64,000 bases of DNA, taken from contig CAVRAL010000002.1 in NCBI GenBank assembly GCA_963719085.1, forward strand, positions 10,006-74,005, given 5' to 3'. The position numbers were made by a program, and so were the translations under genes. Below are positions 19,616 to 29,043 of the stretch, one piece after another. The notes under the pieces were generated by a model that was not told the origin of the DNA, did no database searches, and saw only the letters and a program-made list of their open reading frames with translations. Every line of letters starts with the position of its first letter. Positions within the stretch are counted from its first letter, which is position 1. This stretch comes from a candidate division FCPU426 bacterium (GTDB lineage Bacteria > Oederibacteriota > Muellerivitia > Muellerivitales > Muellerivitaceae).

Positions 19616-21292
19616 TTACTTCTTTAGCTTCGCCTTTTCTTCTTCGACCAAAAGCCGCCGCAGCATTTTGCCTACCATGTTTTTCGGCAAAGATTCCCGG
19701 AACTCCACTTCCTTAGGAACCTTGTACTTAGCCAGCTTCCCCTTGCAGAATTCGATGATTTCCTGCGGAGTGGCCGTCATTCCGGGCTTCAAGACAATGT
19801 AAGCCTTGATCTTATCCACCAATTTCTCATCCGGAATCCCCGCCACCACGCAATCCAAGACCTTCTCGTTTTGAAACAAAACTTCTTCCACGTCCCGGGG
19901 ATAAACATTTTCCCCGCCGACCTTCACCATGTCTTTTTTGCGGTCCACGATGGCGAAAAAGCCGTCCTCATCCATGTAGCCGATATCCCCCGTGTAAAGC
20001 CATCCGTCCCTGAGGACCATTTTGGTTTCTTCCGGGTGGTTCCAATAGCCCTGCATGATCTGCGGGCCCTTGATGACCAGTTCCCCGGTTTCCTTGACCG
20101 GCATTTCTTTCGTTCCCGTCTCCACGTCCATGATCTTGGCGTCGGTGCCCACGAAGGGCAGGCCGATCATTCCCAGCTTGCGCTTGCCGTAAACCGGATT
20201 GCAATGGGTGACCGGCGAGGCTTCGGTCAAACCATAACCTTCCACCAGCTTGCCGCCGGTGAGGGCCTCGAATTTTTTCTGAACTTCCTGGTGCAAGGGC
20301 CCCGCGCCTGAGATACAGGCCTTAATGGTATGGACGTTGTACTTGCCCACTTGAGGGTAATTATTAATGGCCACGTAGATCGCCTGGACACCCGGGAAGA
20401 TACTGACCTTGTATTTGTCGACGGCCTTCAAAACCTGCACCACGTCAAACTTGGGCACCAAAACCATGGAAGCGGCCATGGTGATGGCGAAGGTCATTCC
20501 GGCCGTCATGCCGTAAGAATGGAAGATCGGAATGGCCAGCATGAAAACTTCCCGGCCCTCGGGCAGTCCCGGGAACCAAGCCTTACATTGATAAGCGTTG
20601 GCCACCATGTTGCGGTGGGTCATGATGACACCCTTGGAAACGCCCGTGGTGCCGCCCGTATATTGCAAAAGCGCGGTCTCGTCCATTGGGTGGGAAGCGC
20701 GGACCGGCGTGGCCGGGCTTTTTTCCACTTCTTTGAAAAAGGAGCGGAAAAGCCGCTCCGTCGGCCATTCAACCCAAGTTTTTTCTTTTTTGGCCTTCAG
20801 CGGGTAAATCCACTTTAAAGGAATGGGAAAATAATCGTTGATGCGCGTCACCCAAACGGCTGTCAACCCGCAGTCGGCGGCCACTTCTTTCAGGATCGGC
20901 ACGAAACGGTCCAGGGCCACCACATGTTTGGCCCCCGAGTCTTTTAATTGGTGCAGGGTCTCGGAAGCCGAATTGAGCGGGTTCAGCTGGGTCAGGATCG
21001 CGCCCGCCCTTAAAACGCCGAAAAAGGCGATCACCACTTCCGGGCAATTCGGCAAATAAAGCGCCACCCGGTCTCCCGGCTTTACGCCTTCTTTAAGTAA
21101 AAGATTGGCGAATTGATCGATTTTGCGGTTGATCTCCCGGTAAGTGAAAGAGGCCCCAAAATAATGAATGGCCTGATGGGAGGGGTATTTCGCCGCGGTT
21201 TCGTCTAAAATTTCAGGGAAAGGTTTTTCAGGGTAGCTCAGGGTCCGGGGAACCCCTTCATCATAAGAGGATAGCCAAGGTCTCTCATTCAT
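19616..21292 (-). CDS. fadD: Long-chain fatty acid-CoA ligase
   Basis: YTGGTTGVSKG, EGYGLTE, GWLYTGD, DRKKD, GKMLRR. Confidence 0.93.
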   Translation of the reverse strand: MNERPWLSSYDEGVPRTLSYPEKPFPEILDETAAKYPSHQAIHYFGASFTYREINRKIDQFANLLLKEGVKPGDRVALYLPNCPEVVIAFFGVLRAGAILTQLNPLNSASETLHQLKDSGAKHVVALDRFVPILKEVAADCGLTAVWVTRINDYFPIPLKWIYPLKAKKEKTWVEWPTERLFRSFFKEVEKSPATPVRASHPMDETALLQYTGGTTGVSKGVIMTHRNMVANAYQCKAWFPGLPEGREVFMLAIPIFHSYGMTAGMTFAITMAASMVLVPKFDVVQVLKAVDKYKVSIFPGVQAIYVAINNYPQVGKYNVHTIKACISGAGPLHQEVQKKFEALTGGKLVEGYGLTEASPVTHCNPVYGKRKLGMIGLPFVGTDAKIMDVETGTKEMPVKETGELVIKGPQIMQGYWNHPEETKMVLRDGWLYTGDIGYMDEDGFFAIVDRKKDMVKVGGENVYPRDVEEVLFQNEKVLDCVVAGIPDEKLVDKIKAYIVLKPGMTATPQEIIEFCKGKLAKYKVPKEVEFRESLPKNMVGKMLRRLLVEEEKAKLKK

Positions 21293-21330
21293 GTGTCGCT
21301 CCCGGGTCGTTGAGAAATCCTACGGTTATT

Positions 21331-21359
21331 AGTGTATGCCTCCCTTAAGACCCTGTCAA
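21331..21359 (-). promoter_or_regulatory. Sigma70-type promoter of the beta-oxidation operon
   Basis: TTGACA-17 bp-TACACT on the minus strand. Confidence 0.7.
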
Positions 21360-21430
21360 ACCATCGTCCTTTTTTTCCGGTTTGTGGCAAAATAGTTTCG
21401 CTCAGGTCATCTCGTGGAAAGCGGGTTCGC

Positions 21431-23107
21431 TTGACACCCTTAATGTTGCTGCTCTTATCCCAGGAATTTAAACGCTATCTGTTGAATGGGCGGATTTCCC
21501 ACGCCGCCCAGTTCTCGGAAGAAGGCGTGGAGCTGACGATTTATCATCCGGACCGGCGGATCTTTTACCTGACCGCGGTGCTTACTCCCCAAAAGCCTTT
21601 TTTGTTCATGGGCGCCCAAAAAAGGGCGGCCATGGCCAAGCCGCCTAATTTTTGCCGTTCCCTGCGCAAACATTTGGACTACGCCCAAATCGCCGACATC
21701 GAGCAGGAACCCGGCGAGCGGTTGATTACCTTCCACTTCAAAGCCTCCCATGGACTTTACCGGCTCATTTTTGAGGGCCTTTCCAAATACCCCAACCTCA
21801 TTCTGGTCGGCCCGGACGGACAAATTGTCAGCGCCATGCGGTATAAAAACGAAGTGGAGAGGCCCGTCCTTCCCCAAGCCGTTTACGGGCCGCCGCCCCA
21901 GCCTTTGGAAAAACCAAACTTTTGGACGCTGGACGAGGACACCTTTCAAAAACTTTGGGAAGACGCCGGCAAGCCGCCTTTGGGCGCCTGGTTTAAAACC
22001 ACTTTTCGCGGGACCGATCCGGAGCTTTGCGCCCATTTAGAGGGACTGGGACCTAAAGCCTTTTCCCATTGGACCGCCCTAAGACGGGTCCTGATCGAGA
22101 AAGGCTGGGATTCTTTCGAGGTTCTTTCGGGGTCCTCTCCGTCGATCCAAATTTTCGCCGCGCCCCCTGAAGCGGGAACCAACCCGCCCGCGAACGCGGA
22201 AGCGGCGGTTTTCTCAAGTCCTTCTGAAGCCATGGACGAGTTGTTCCAATTGGAAAACCACAAGCGGATCCTCAGCCAAGAAAAAATCCGGATTGAGTCC
22301 GAGATTAACAAAGCGCTCAAACACGAAAAAAGAATCTCGGAAAAACTAAAAAAAGACCGGATCGAGGCCGAAAAATCCGATCAATACCAATGGTGGGGCG
22401 AGCTCTTGATGGCCCAGTTGCACAAGTTGAAGCCCCATCAAACCGAAGTGGAACTGGAGGACGTGGTGCGTGGCACGCCGGGGACTGTCGTGATTCCGCT
22501 GGATCCGGAAGCCACGCCGCTTTTAAGCGCCCAGCGTTTTTTCAAAAAAGCCCGGAAGGGCTCCCGGGGGCTTGCCTTGGTCGAAAAACGCGAAAAAGAA
22601 ATCGAGGAACGCCTGCACCAGCTCAAGTCGGCCCAACGCAGCCTGCCCGCGCTTCAAACCGCCGAGGATATTCGAAAGGCCCGGCTGGAACTTTTCCCCG
22701 TCAAAAAAGAAACCAGGGAAAAAGCCGTCAAAATCAAAGAGCCTAAAATACCGACCCCCAACATCCTTCGAGAAAAGCTTAATCCGCAATTTGAGATGTG
22801 CGCCGGAACTTCCGCCATCGCCAATGACTATGTGACCTTCCAATTGGCCCAGCCCGAGGATTTATGGTTCCATGTAAGGGACCTGCCGGGCTCCCACGTC
22901 ATTTTAAGGCGCCTGCGCCGGGACGCGGTTTACACCGACGCGCTGATCCTACGGGCCGCCCAAACAGCGGCCCTCAGAAGCAAAGCCCAGCCCGGCTCCA
23001 AGGTCACGGTCAGTTATACGGAGAAAAAGTACGTGAAAAAAATCCCGGGCGCGCCGCTGGGCATGGTCAGCATGACCAAAGAGCGCAGTATTCTCATCCA
23101 ACTTTGA
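21431..23107 (+). CDS. rqcH: Ribosome quality control factor RqcH (NFACT / FbpA family)
   Basis: NFACT-N (FC..LRKHL...ER..., NLILV), coiled coil with AQRFFKKARK, NFACT-R (NDYVT...DLWFH....GSHV, KYVKK..GA..GMV). Start uncertain; in-frame TTG at 21431 chosen because 21332 overlaps the divergent promoter. Confidence 0.88.
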   Translation: MTPLMLLLLSQEFKRYLLNGRISHAAQFSEEGVELTIYHPDRRIFYLTAVLTPQKPFLFMGAQKRAAMAKPPNFCRSLRKHLDYAQIADIEQEPGERLITFHFKASHGLYRLIFEGLSKYPNLILVGPDGQIVSAMRYKNEVERPVLPQAVYGPPPQPLEKPNFWTLDEDTFQKLWEDAGKPPLGAWFKTTFRGTDPELCAHLEGLGPKAFSHWTALRRVLIEKGWDSFEVLSGSSPSIQIFAAPPEAGTNPPANAEAAVFSSPSEAMDELFQLENHKRILSQEKIRIESEINKALKHEKRISEKLKKDRIEAEKSDQYQWWGELLMAQLHKLKPHQTEVELEDVVRGTPGTVVIPLDPEATPLLSAQRFFKKARKGSRGLALVEKREKEIEERLHQLKSAQRSLPALQTAEDIRKARLELFPVKKETREKAVKIKEPKIPTPNILREKLNPQFEMCAGTSAIANDYVTFQLAQPEDLWFHVRDLPGSHVILRRLRRDAVYTDALILRAAQTAALRSKAQPGSKVTVSYTEKKYVKKIPGAPLGMVSMTKERSILIQL

Positions 23108-23111
23108 GGCT

Positions 23112-24338
23112 TTATTGGACCGAGGGAATCTCGGGAGACGGCTGGGCCACGTCCATGGGCACCAACTGAACCGGAGGCGTAGGCGTGGGCTCCTCACTGA
23201 TGCGGGGCGGAAATAATCCCGGCGAGGAAACGTCGGGAGATTCCAAGGTGACGGGTTGGAAATTAGCGGACACCGTGGCTTGCTCACTGGCCGATTGACC
23301 CGTGGGCGTTGACCCCGCGCTGGGAGACGGCGTGGCTTGAACCGCCTGCTTTTGCTTGTCCATCCGGGCCATCTGTTCCACCTCTTGTTTGGTCAACAGG
23401 GGCTTTCGAATGTCCTTAATATGCGCCTTCGCGTCGTTGTCGCTGGGAACCAATTCGGAGTATCTCTCCCAATGGTAAAGGGCCTTGCTCGCGTCGTCCT
23501 GCCGCTCGTAAATTTTAGCCACCTGCTTATGGGCCTCGGCTTGCTGGTCGTCCGCTTGAAGGATCGCCAGATATTCCTTTTGGGCGTTGTCCCAATCCCG
23601 GATGCTTTCGTAATAGTCCGCCAATTTATAATGGGCGTCGATATCCCCCGGATTAATATCCACGGCGGCTTTGTACTCGGCCAAAGCGCGGTCCTGCTGG
23701 CCCTCGGTTTGATAGGTATCGGCCAATTTCGCCCGGGCGTCCGCGGACATGGGCGACTCGTTCACGGCCTGCCGGTAGTAAGCCAAAGCCACATCCGAAT
23801 GCTGGAGCGCGATATAAGAATCCCCCAGGCGCTCGTTGATTTCGGCGTTGTCCGGGAAAAAGCGAACCGCTACTTTAAGCTCCGGAATGGCCTGTTCATA
23901 ACGCTGGGTTAAAAAGTAAGCCATGCCCAAGTTGTAATGGGCCGAGCCAAAATCAGGGTTAATTTGAAGGGCTTTTTTGGCGTAAGAAATCGAGTCGGGG
24001 AAATCCCGTTTTTGAAGATAAACAAAAGAGACATTGGACAGGGCCGGGAAATAATTCGGCTGGACTTGAAGAGCCTTTTGGAATTGGCTTAACGCGTCAT
24101 CCATTTGGTTTTTTTCAGCGTAAAGCTTCCCCAGGTTGGTCCGGGCTTCCACATTATAAGGATCCAGATCGACCGCTTCTTGAAAATACTTGATCGCGGT
24201 CTCGCTCTTCCCCGTGCGCAAATAGACATTTCCCTTATCCAGGTAAAACTGGCTGTCCGGTTCGGCCCGAAGACCCGCAAACGCGAGCATCAAGAAGAAA
24301 AGGGCGCAAAAGGAAACCCGTTTTAAACGCAGGGACAT
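23112..24338 (-). CDS. Exported tetratricopeptide repeat protein
   Basis: Signal peptide, consecutive TPRs, S/T/P-rich C-terminal tail. Confidence 0.88.
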   Translation of the reverse strand: MSLRLKRVSFCALFFLMLAFAGLRAEPDSQFYLDKGNVYLRTGKSETAIKYFQEAVDLDPYNVEARTNLGKLYAEKNQMDDALSQFQKALQVQPNYFPALSNVSFVYLQKRDFPDSISYAKKALQINPDFGSAHYNLGMAYFLTQRYEQAIPELKVAVRFFPDNAEINERLGDSYIALQHSDVALAYYRQAVNESPMSADARAKLADTYQTEGQQDRALAEYKAAVDINPGDIDAHYKLADYYESIRDWDNAQKEYLAILQADDQQAEAHKQVAKIYERQDDASKALYHWERYSELVPSDNDAKAHIKDIRKPLLTKQEVEQMARMDKQKQAVQATPSPSAGSTPTGQSASEQATVSANFQPVTLESPDVSSPGLFPPRISEEPTPTPPVQLVPMDVAQPSPEIPSVQ

Positions 24339-24407
24339 GCCCGCTCCTTGGCCAGTAAATTTCAGGAAAAACGAAGAAAGACATCGTGTATGACAATGGG
24401 CAAAACG

Positions 24408-24436
24408 ATTTTAGGCCAGCCTCTTAAGGCCGTCAA
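24408..24436 (-). promoter_or_regulatory. Sigma70-type promoter for the TPR gene
   Basis: TTGACG-17 bp-TAAAAT on the minus strand. Confidence 0.65.
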
Positions 24437-24475
24437 CGGCCAAAGGGATGAAAAACCCCAGCAAAAGCAAAATTT

Positions 24476-25864
24476 TTATTTTCTTAAAGCTTCCGAACGA
24501 ATCGCCTTTAATAACGCTTGGGTTTGGTTTCGCGAACCGGACTCGGCGTAAAGCCTCAAAAGCGGTTCGGTGCCCGAGGCCCGGGCCATCACCCAGCCGT
24601 CCTTAAGATCCAAGCGGACCCCGTCCAAGGTCTGAAGGCCGGTCACTGGGGAACCCGCCATAGCCGCGGGCGGGGTGTTTTTAAGCCGGTCGAGAATCTT
24701 TTTCTGGCGGTCAAAGGGCACATTCTCCAAATCGATCCGGTCCGAATAAAAAGGCCCGAACTGTTTTTGGACAAAATCCACGGCTCCGGTTACGGATTTT
24801 TTTAAATAAACCAGGGCCTCCAAAATCAAAAGCGCCGAGAACAAACCATCCCGCTCGGCCAGGTGGCCCTTGACCGCGATGCCGCCGCTCTCCTCCACGC
24901 CGAGCAAAACATCCTCTTTCAACATGATCTCGCCGATATATTTGAATCCAATGGGCGTCTCATAAAGCGCAATGCCCCATTTTTGAGCCATGCGTTCCAG
25001 CATCCGGGTCCCGGAGACGGTTTTCACCACGGCGCCGCGCAAACCCCGATGGACCCATAAATGGTAAAGTAAAATTCCGTGAAGCCGGTGGACATGGACA
25101 TACCGCCCCCGCTCATCCATCAGCCCCACCCGGTCCCCGTCCCCATCGGTGGCGAATCCCATGTGGGCTTTCGTTTTTCGAATCATAGAGGCCAAAGGAC
25201 CCAGGTTGGGCCCAATCGGCTCGGGTTGGCGCCCGCCAAAAAAAACATCCCGCTCGGCCGCCACCGTTGTCACCCGGGTCTTACCGCCCTTGAGGAGGCG
25301 CTCAAAATGATCCTCCCCCACCCCGTGCATGGAATCAAACACGATTCGAAACCCCGCTTTGCGGATCGCCTTGAGATCAATTTGGGAGGCGATGGTTTTC
25401 AAATAGGGGGAAAGCCAATGAGCCAGGGGAATCCGGCGCGCCACCGCGGACGGCGCTAAGTTCGGAATATTTTTCTCAATCGCCCGGGTAAAACTTTCGG
25501 GCGCGGAAATACCCGGCGGCAATTTGACCTTAAAGCCGTTATAAGCCCCGGAGTTATGGCTGGCGGTGATCATGACGCCGGCGTCGGCCTTTTGATCGCG
25601 CACGGCCAAAGAAAGGGCGGGTGTTGGAATAATCCGGTCGGAAAGAAGAACCCGATGGCCTTGGGTGGCTAAGCTATGGGCGGCTTCCCGGGCGAATTGA
25701 TCCGAATTAAACCGGGTATCAAACCCCACGAGAACCTTGGCCGATCTTTTCTTTTTCCGGAGGACCGCGCCCAGCCCATAAGCCGCGCGCCGAACATTGG
25801 AAAAGGTAAACCCATCGGCGATCTTCGCGCGCCAACCATCGGTCCCAAATCGAATTTTATCCAT
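24476..25864 (-). CDS. Phosphoglucomutase/phosphomannomutase family protein
   Basis: FGTDGWR, TASHN, DGDGDR, EESGG, RASGTEP. Confidence 0.95.
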   Translation of the reverse strand: MDKIRFGTDGWRAKIADGFTFSNVRRAAYGLGAVLRKKKRSAKVLVGFDTRFNSDQFAREAAHSLATQGHRVLLSDRIIPTPALSLAVRDQKADAGVMITASHNSGAYNGFKVKLPPGISAPESFTRAIEKNIPNLAPSAVARRIPLAHWLSPYLKTIASQIDLKAIRKAGFRIVFDSMHGVGEDHFERLLKGGKTRVTTVAAERDVFFGGRQPEPIGPNLGPLASMIRKTKAHMGFATDGDGDRVGLMDERGRYVHVHRLHGILLYHLWVHRGLRGAVVKTVSGTRMLERMAQKWGIALYETPIGFKYIGEIMLKEDVLLGVEESGGIAVKGHLAERDGLFSALLILEALVYLKKSVTGAVDFVQKQFGPFYSDRIDLENVPFDRQKKILDRLKNTPPAAMAGSPVTGLQTLDGVRLDLKDGWVMARASGTEPLLRLYAESGSRNQTQALLKAIRSEALRK

Positions 25865-25922
25865 TTAGTTTCTCCAAACCCATAGGGGCAATTTAGCAGA
25901 AAGCCGGCTTGGGGCGGCCGCT

Positions 25923-27533
25923 TTAATAAAGCACCAACCCCGAAGCCGAATGAGCCGCCACCGGCACGGCCAATCCCTTCGCGGGGTCAAAATGCGCTTT
26001 ATAAGGCGCGATGGATTGAATCGGAAAGGGTCCCCCGCCCGGGGAGGATTTTTCGCCATTCCAGGAGACTTGACTGTCATTAAGATCGTGGCCGCTCAAA
26101 ACCCAACCCATGAGCTTGCCTTGGGGTTTAAAGGCCCCCGTGTTCAGCACCAAAGTTTTCGGCCGGTTGTCCTCGTTCACGATGATCAGTCCCAGTTCCC
26201 CCCCGGAAAAACGGCTGGCGTAAACTTTCACGGCGGGGTCCGAACTGTCCGCGCCGATGAGTTGGCACCCGAAGGCGTTATGGTAGAGGGCGTAAGTGTA
26301 GTAAGTCGCCCGGGGCGCGCCTTCGGTGGCCGAAGGATCACCCGAGGCCAGCATGGCGTGGTCGCCGCCCAGTTTTTTATCCAGGCCGTTCTTCCAATCC
26401 CAAAAATCAGTGGCCACGTAGCCGGACTTCATGCTTTCGCCCAAAACTTCCGCGGTAAAAAGTCCATTCAACAATTGGGTGGTCTCCGGCGGAGTGGCGT
26501 TCACCAGATTGAACTCGGTCAAGGCCACTGGAATCCCTTTTTCCGAGGGGGCGTATTGGTCGATCATTTGGTCCAGGGCCGCTTTCGCGTCCGCCAATTT
26601 GTGCAGGTTGGACAGGAAAACATCGTTGGAAGGATGGGTGTAAACATTTTGCGCGTCGAAAGGCCAAAAGAAATACTGATGGAGAATCAGGAAATCAGCT
26701 TGGCCCTTAAGCTGGGGCAGTAAATCCCGGTTCCACCAATGATACCCGGTCCAATCATCCCCGCTGTCGGTGTCGACCACCACGGCGCCGATGAAAATAT
26801 CGGGGTCCACCTTTCGCATGGCCGCCGCGATCACTTGGAAATCCTTGCCATAAACATCGCCCGTCAATTGGGCCTTGCCGTCCATCTTGTTGCCTTCTTC
26901 CCAAGGCCCGTAAACCTCATTGCCGATTTCCCAATAGCGGACTTTGTAATTTTTTTCCACGTTGCAATAGCGCACCCAGCCCGCGGCCAAATCCGCCGCC
27001 GCCTGAACATTGATATAACGGGCCGCCGCGTAATTCACCGTAAAGATGGGCTGGGAGCCCGTCGCTTGGCAAAATTGCATGAAATCATCCGTCGAGACCG
27101 CCCAGGCGCCGTTCAAGTTGGAAACATTATTCCCGTCGTGATCCACGGCGTGTTTGGAATAATCCCCGTTCCAAAAATAGTTATCCGAAGTGCTCCCTCC
27201 CGGCCAGCGCCAAAACCGGATGCCGGCTTCCTTGGCTTTGTCGAATTGCTCCGGCGCCATGAAAAATTGCTTTCCGCTCCAGCAAGCCGTATTCACGCCG
27301 AATTGATAAGGGTTCACCGCCCGCAAGACTACCTCGGGCGCCAGGGTGATTTGAACTTTTTCACCGTAAGGAAATTTCCAGGGTTTGCCGCTTTCGTCAA
27401 AAGTCGGGGCGGCCTTGGTGTAAGAAACCGCCGCCGTGTCCGAGGGGAAAAGTTGGAAAGGCTTATCCGCGGGAGCGGCCCCCGCGGAGGCTACCGACCC
27501 GAAAAAAGCTAAGAATATCCAACGAATTTTCAT
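25923..27533 (-). CDS. Secreted clan GH-A glycoside hydrolase, alpha-L-arabinofuranosidase (GH51)-like
   Basis: Signal peptide, RWPGGS, acid/base YWEIGNE, nucleophile LTEFN, C-terminal beta-sandwich. Confidence 0.8.
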   Translation of the reverse strand: MKIRWIFLAFFGSVASAGAAPADKPFQLFPSDTAAVSYTKAAPTFDESGKPWKFPYGEKVQITLAPEVVLRAVNPYQFGVNTACWSGKQFFMAPEQFDKAKEAGIRFWRWPGGSTSDNYFWNGDYSKHAVDHDGNNVSNLNGAWAVSTDDFMQFCQATGSQPIFTVNYAAARYINVQAAADLAAGWVRYCNVEKNYKVRYWEIGNEVYGPWEEGNKMDGKAQLTGDVYGKDFQVIAAAMRKVDPDIFIGAVVVDTDSGDDWTGYHWWNRDLLPQLKGQADFLILHQYFFWPFDAQNVYTHPSNDVFLSNLHKLADAKAALDQMIDQYAPSEKGIPVALTEFNLVNATPPETTQLLNGLFTAEVLGESMKSGYVATDFWDWKNGLDKKLGGDHAMLASGDPSATEGAPRATYYTYALYHNAFGCQLIGADSSDPAVKVYASRFSGGELGLIIVNEDNRPKTLVLNTGAFKPQGKLMGWVLSGHDLNDSQVSWNGEKSSPGGGPFPIQSIAPYKAHFDPAKGLAVPVAAHSASGLVLY

Positions 27534-27577
27534 GACAGCCTCTTCGTGAAATGAACTGGATTTTATTTTATCACTGA

Positions 27578-27889
27578 TTAAAAGAGTTTGACCCAGACCT
27601 CACCGGCTTCAATCCGCGTCGGATAGGTCGGCAACCTTAAATCCGGGTCGTTCAAGCATTCGCCGGTGCGGATATTGGAATGGTATCCGTGGGCCTTGCA
27701 GACGATATCATCCCCGAAACAATTTTTCGGATCCAAAATCACCTCAGCGTGGGGACAATAGATTCCGGTGGCGAAGACTTCTTGGCCCCGGCGGTGAAGC
27801 AACAGGGGCATGGCACCCACTTCAACCTCGACCGATTTTTGATCCTCTAGATCACTGAGGGTCGCGGCCCGTCGATAACCCGGTTCCAT
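27578..27889 (-). CDS. Rieske [2Fe-2S] ferredoxin
   Basis: CPH...CKAHG ligands, TGEC, LPTYP..IE.GEVWV; ATG at 27889 overlaps the upstream TAA. Confidence 0.88.
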   Translation of the reverse strand: MEPGYRRAATLSDLEDQKSVEVEVGAMPLLLHRRGQEVFATGIYCPHAEVILDPKNCFGDDIVCKAHGYHSNIRTGECLNDPDLRLPTYPTRIEAGEVWVKLF

Positions 27890-28923
27890 TAAGTCCGGCT
27901 GTAGTCGCCCAAGACGCTTCCCTTGTCGACTTTCGAATGAACGTGGGCCTTTCGCCCCAGAATCACTTCGTCGAGCGATAGGCGGGGTCCCACGACCGCT
28001 CCGTCCCAAAGCACACTTTTACCCACCGAACTGCCCGGACCCACTCGGCAGCCCGCGCCCAAAACCGTGAAGGGAAGGATCCTCGCGCCTTCCTCGATCA
28101 CCGATCCGTCGCCTAAGACAGCCGGCCCCTGGACCTTGGCTTTCTTGCCCAGCTTCACACCCTTGCCCCAATAAACGTTTTTTCCCTTTTTCGTCCATGA
28201 ACCCGGAACCTTAAAGGCGCCATTGAGAATATCCCAATGGGTGGTGAGGTATTTAGCGGGTGTGCCGATGTCCTGCCAATAACCTTTCCATACGTAACCG
28301 TAAAAAGGCGTCTTGGATTTCAGCAAATCGGGGAACAAGGCCCGCTCGGCCGAATAATTGACCTTCGCGGGGATAAAATTAAATACCGACGGCTCGAATA
28401 AATAGACACCCGCGTTGATCGTGTCGGTCACCGCTTCCTTTAAGGTTGGCTTTTCCAAAAACCGGGTGATGGCCCCTTGGGCGTCCAGCACCACCAACCC
28501 ATAAGCCGTGGGGTCCTCCACCTGGACGAGCCCCAAGGTTGCCGTTGATTTCTTCTTGCGGTGGAAATCGATCATTTTGGCCAAAGGAAGGTCGGTCAAG
28601 ATATCCCCGTTCAGGACCACCACCGGGTGTCCCTTCACGTACTTTTCGGCGTTCTTGATGGCACCCGCCGTCCCCAGGGGTTCTTTTTCGATCGCGTAGT
28701 TTATTTTCACGCCTAATTTGCGGCCGTCCCCATAGATTTTGCGGATGGCCTGGGGTTTATAGCCCAGGGAAAAAGTGATTTCCCGGATTCCGGCTTTTTT
28801 GAGTTGGGCGATGGGGTAATGCAGGAAAGGCGCCCCGCAAAGGGGCACGATATTTTTGGGGATATGGTCCGTCAAGGGGCGCAATCTTGTCCCCTGCCCG
28901 CCCACCAGGATGATGGCCTTCAT
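27889..28923 (-). CDS. NDP-sugar pyrophosphorylase (mannose-1-phosphate guanylyltransferase-like)
   Basis: GGQGTRLRPLT..PK, EPLGTAG, NGD, FLEKP, WQDIGTP, C-terminal hexapeptide repeats. Confidence 0.92.
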   Translation of the reverse strand: MKAIILVGGQGTRLRPLTDHIPKNIVPLCGAPFLHYPIAQLKKAGIREITFSLGYKPQAIRKIYGDGRKLGVKINYAIEKEPLGTAGAIKNAEKYVKGHPVVVLNGDILTDLPLAKMIDFHRKKKSTATLGLVQVEDPTAYGLVVLDAQGAITRFLEKPTLKEAVTDTINAGVYLFEPSVFNFIPAKVNYSAERALFPDLLKSKTPFYGYVWKGYWQDIGTPAKYLTTHWDILNGAFKVPGSWTKKGKNVYWGKGVKLGKKAKVQGPAVLGDGSVIEEGARILPFTVLGAGCRVGPGSSVGKSVLWDGAVVGPRLSLDEVILGRKAHVHSKVDKGSVLGDYSRT

Positions 28924-28942
28924 TGAACGCTCCGCGTTGAGT

Positions 28943-29043
28943 TAGGAGTGAGGAGCTTGAAGCGAGAAGTTTTAAAGACGAAAAGCATGGGATGCCATGT
29001 CATTCGCCGTAAACTCCTAATTCCTAACTCCAAACCCCTAACT
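28943..29043. repeat. Inverted pair of heptamer tandem arrays (TAGGAGT family)
   Basis: TAGGAGT-GAGGAGC-TTGAAGC-GAGAAGT (28943-28970) faces ACTCCTA-ATTCCTA-ACTCCAA-ACCCCTA-ACT (29013-29043). Confidence 0.75.

Noticed and set aside
25950..27512. Two 257-aa plus-strand ORFs
   Set aside because: Antisense to the well-supported glycoside hydrolase gene.
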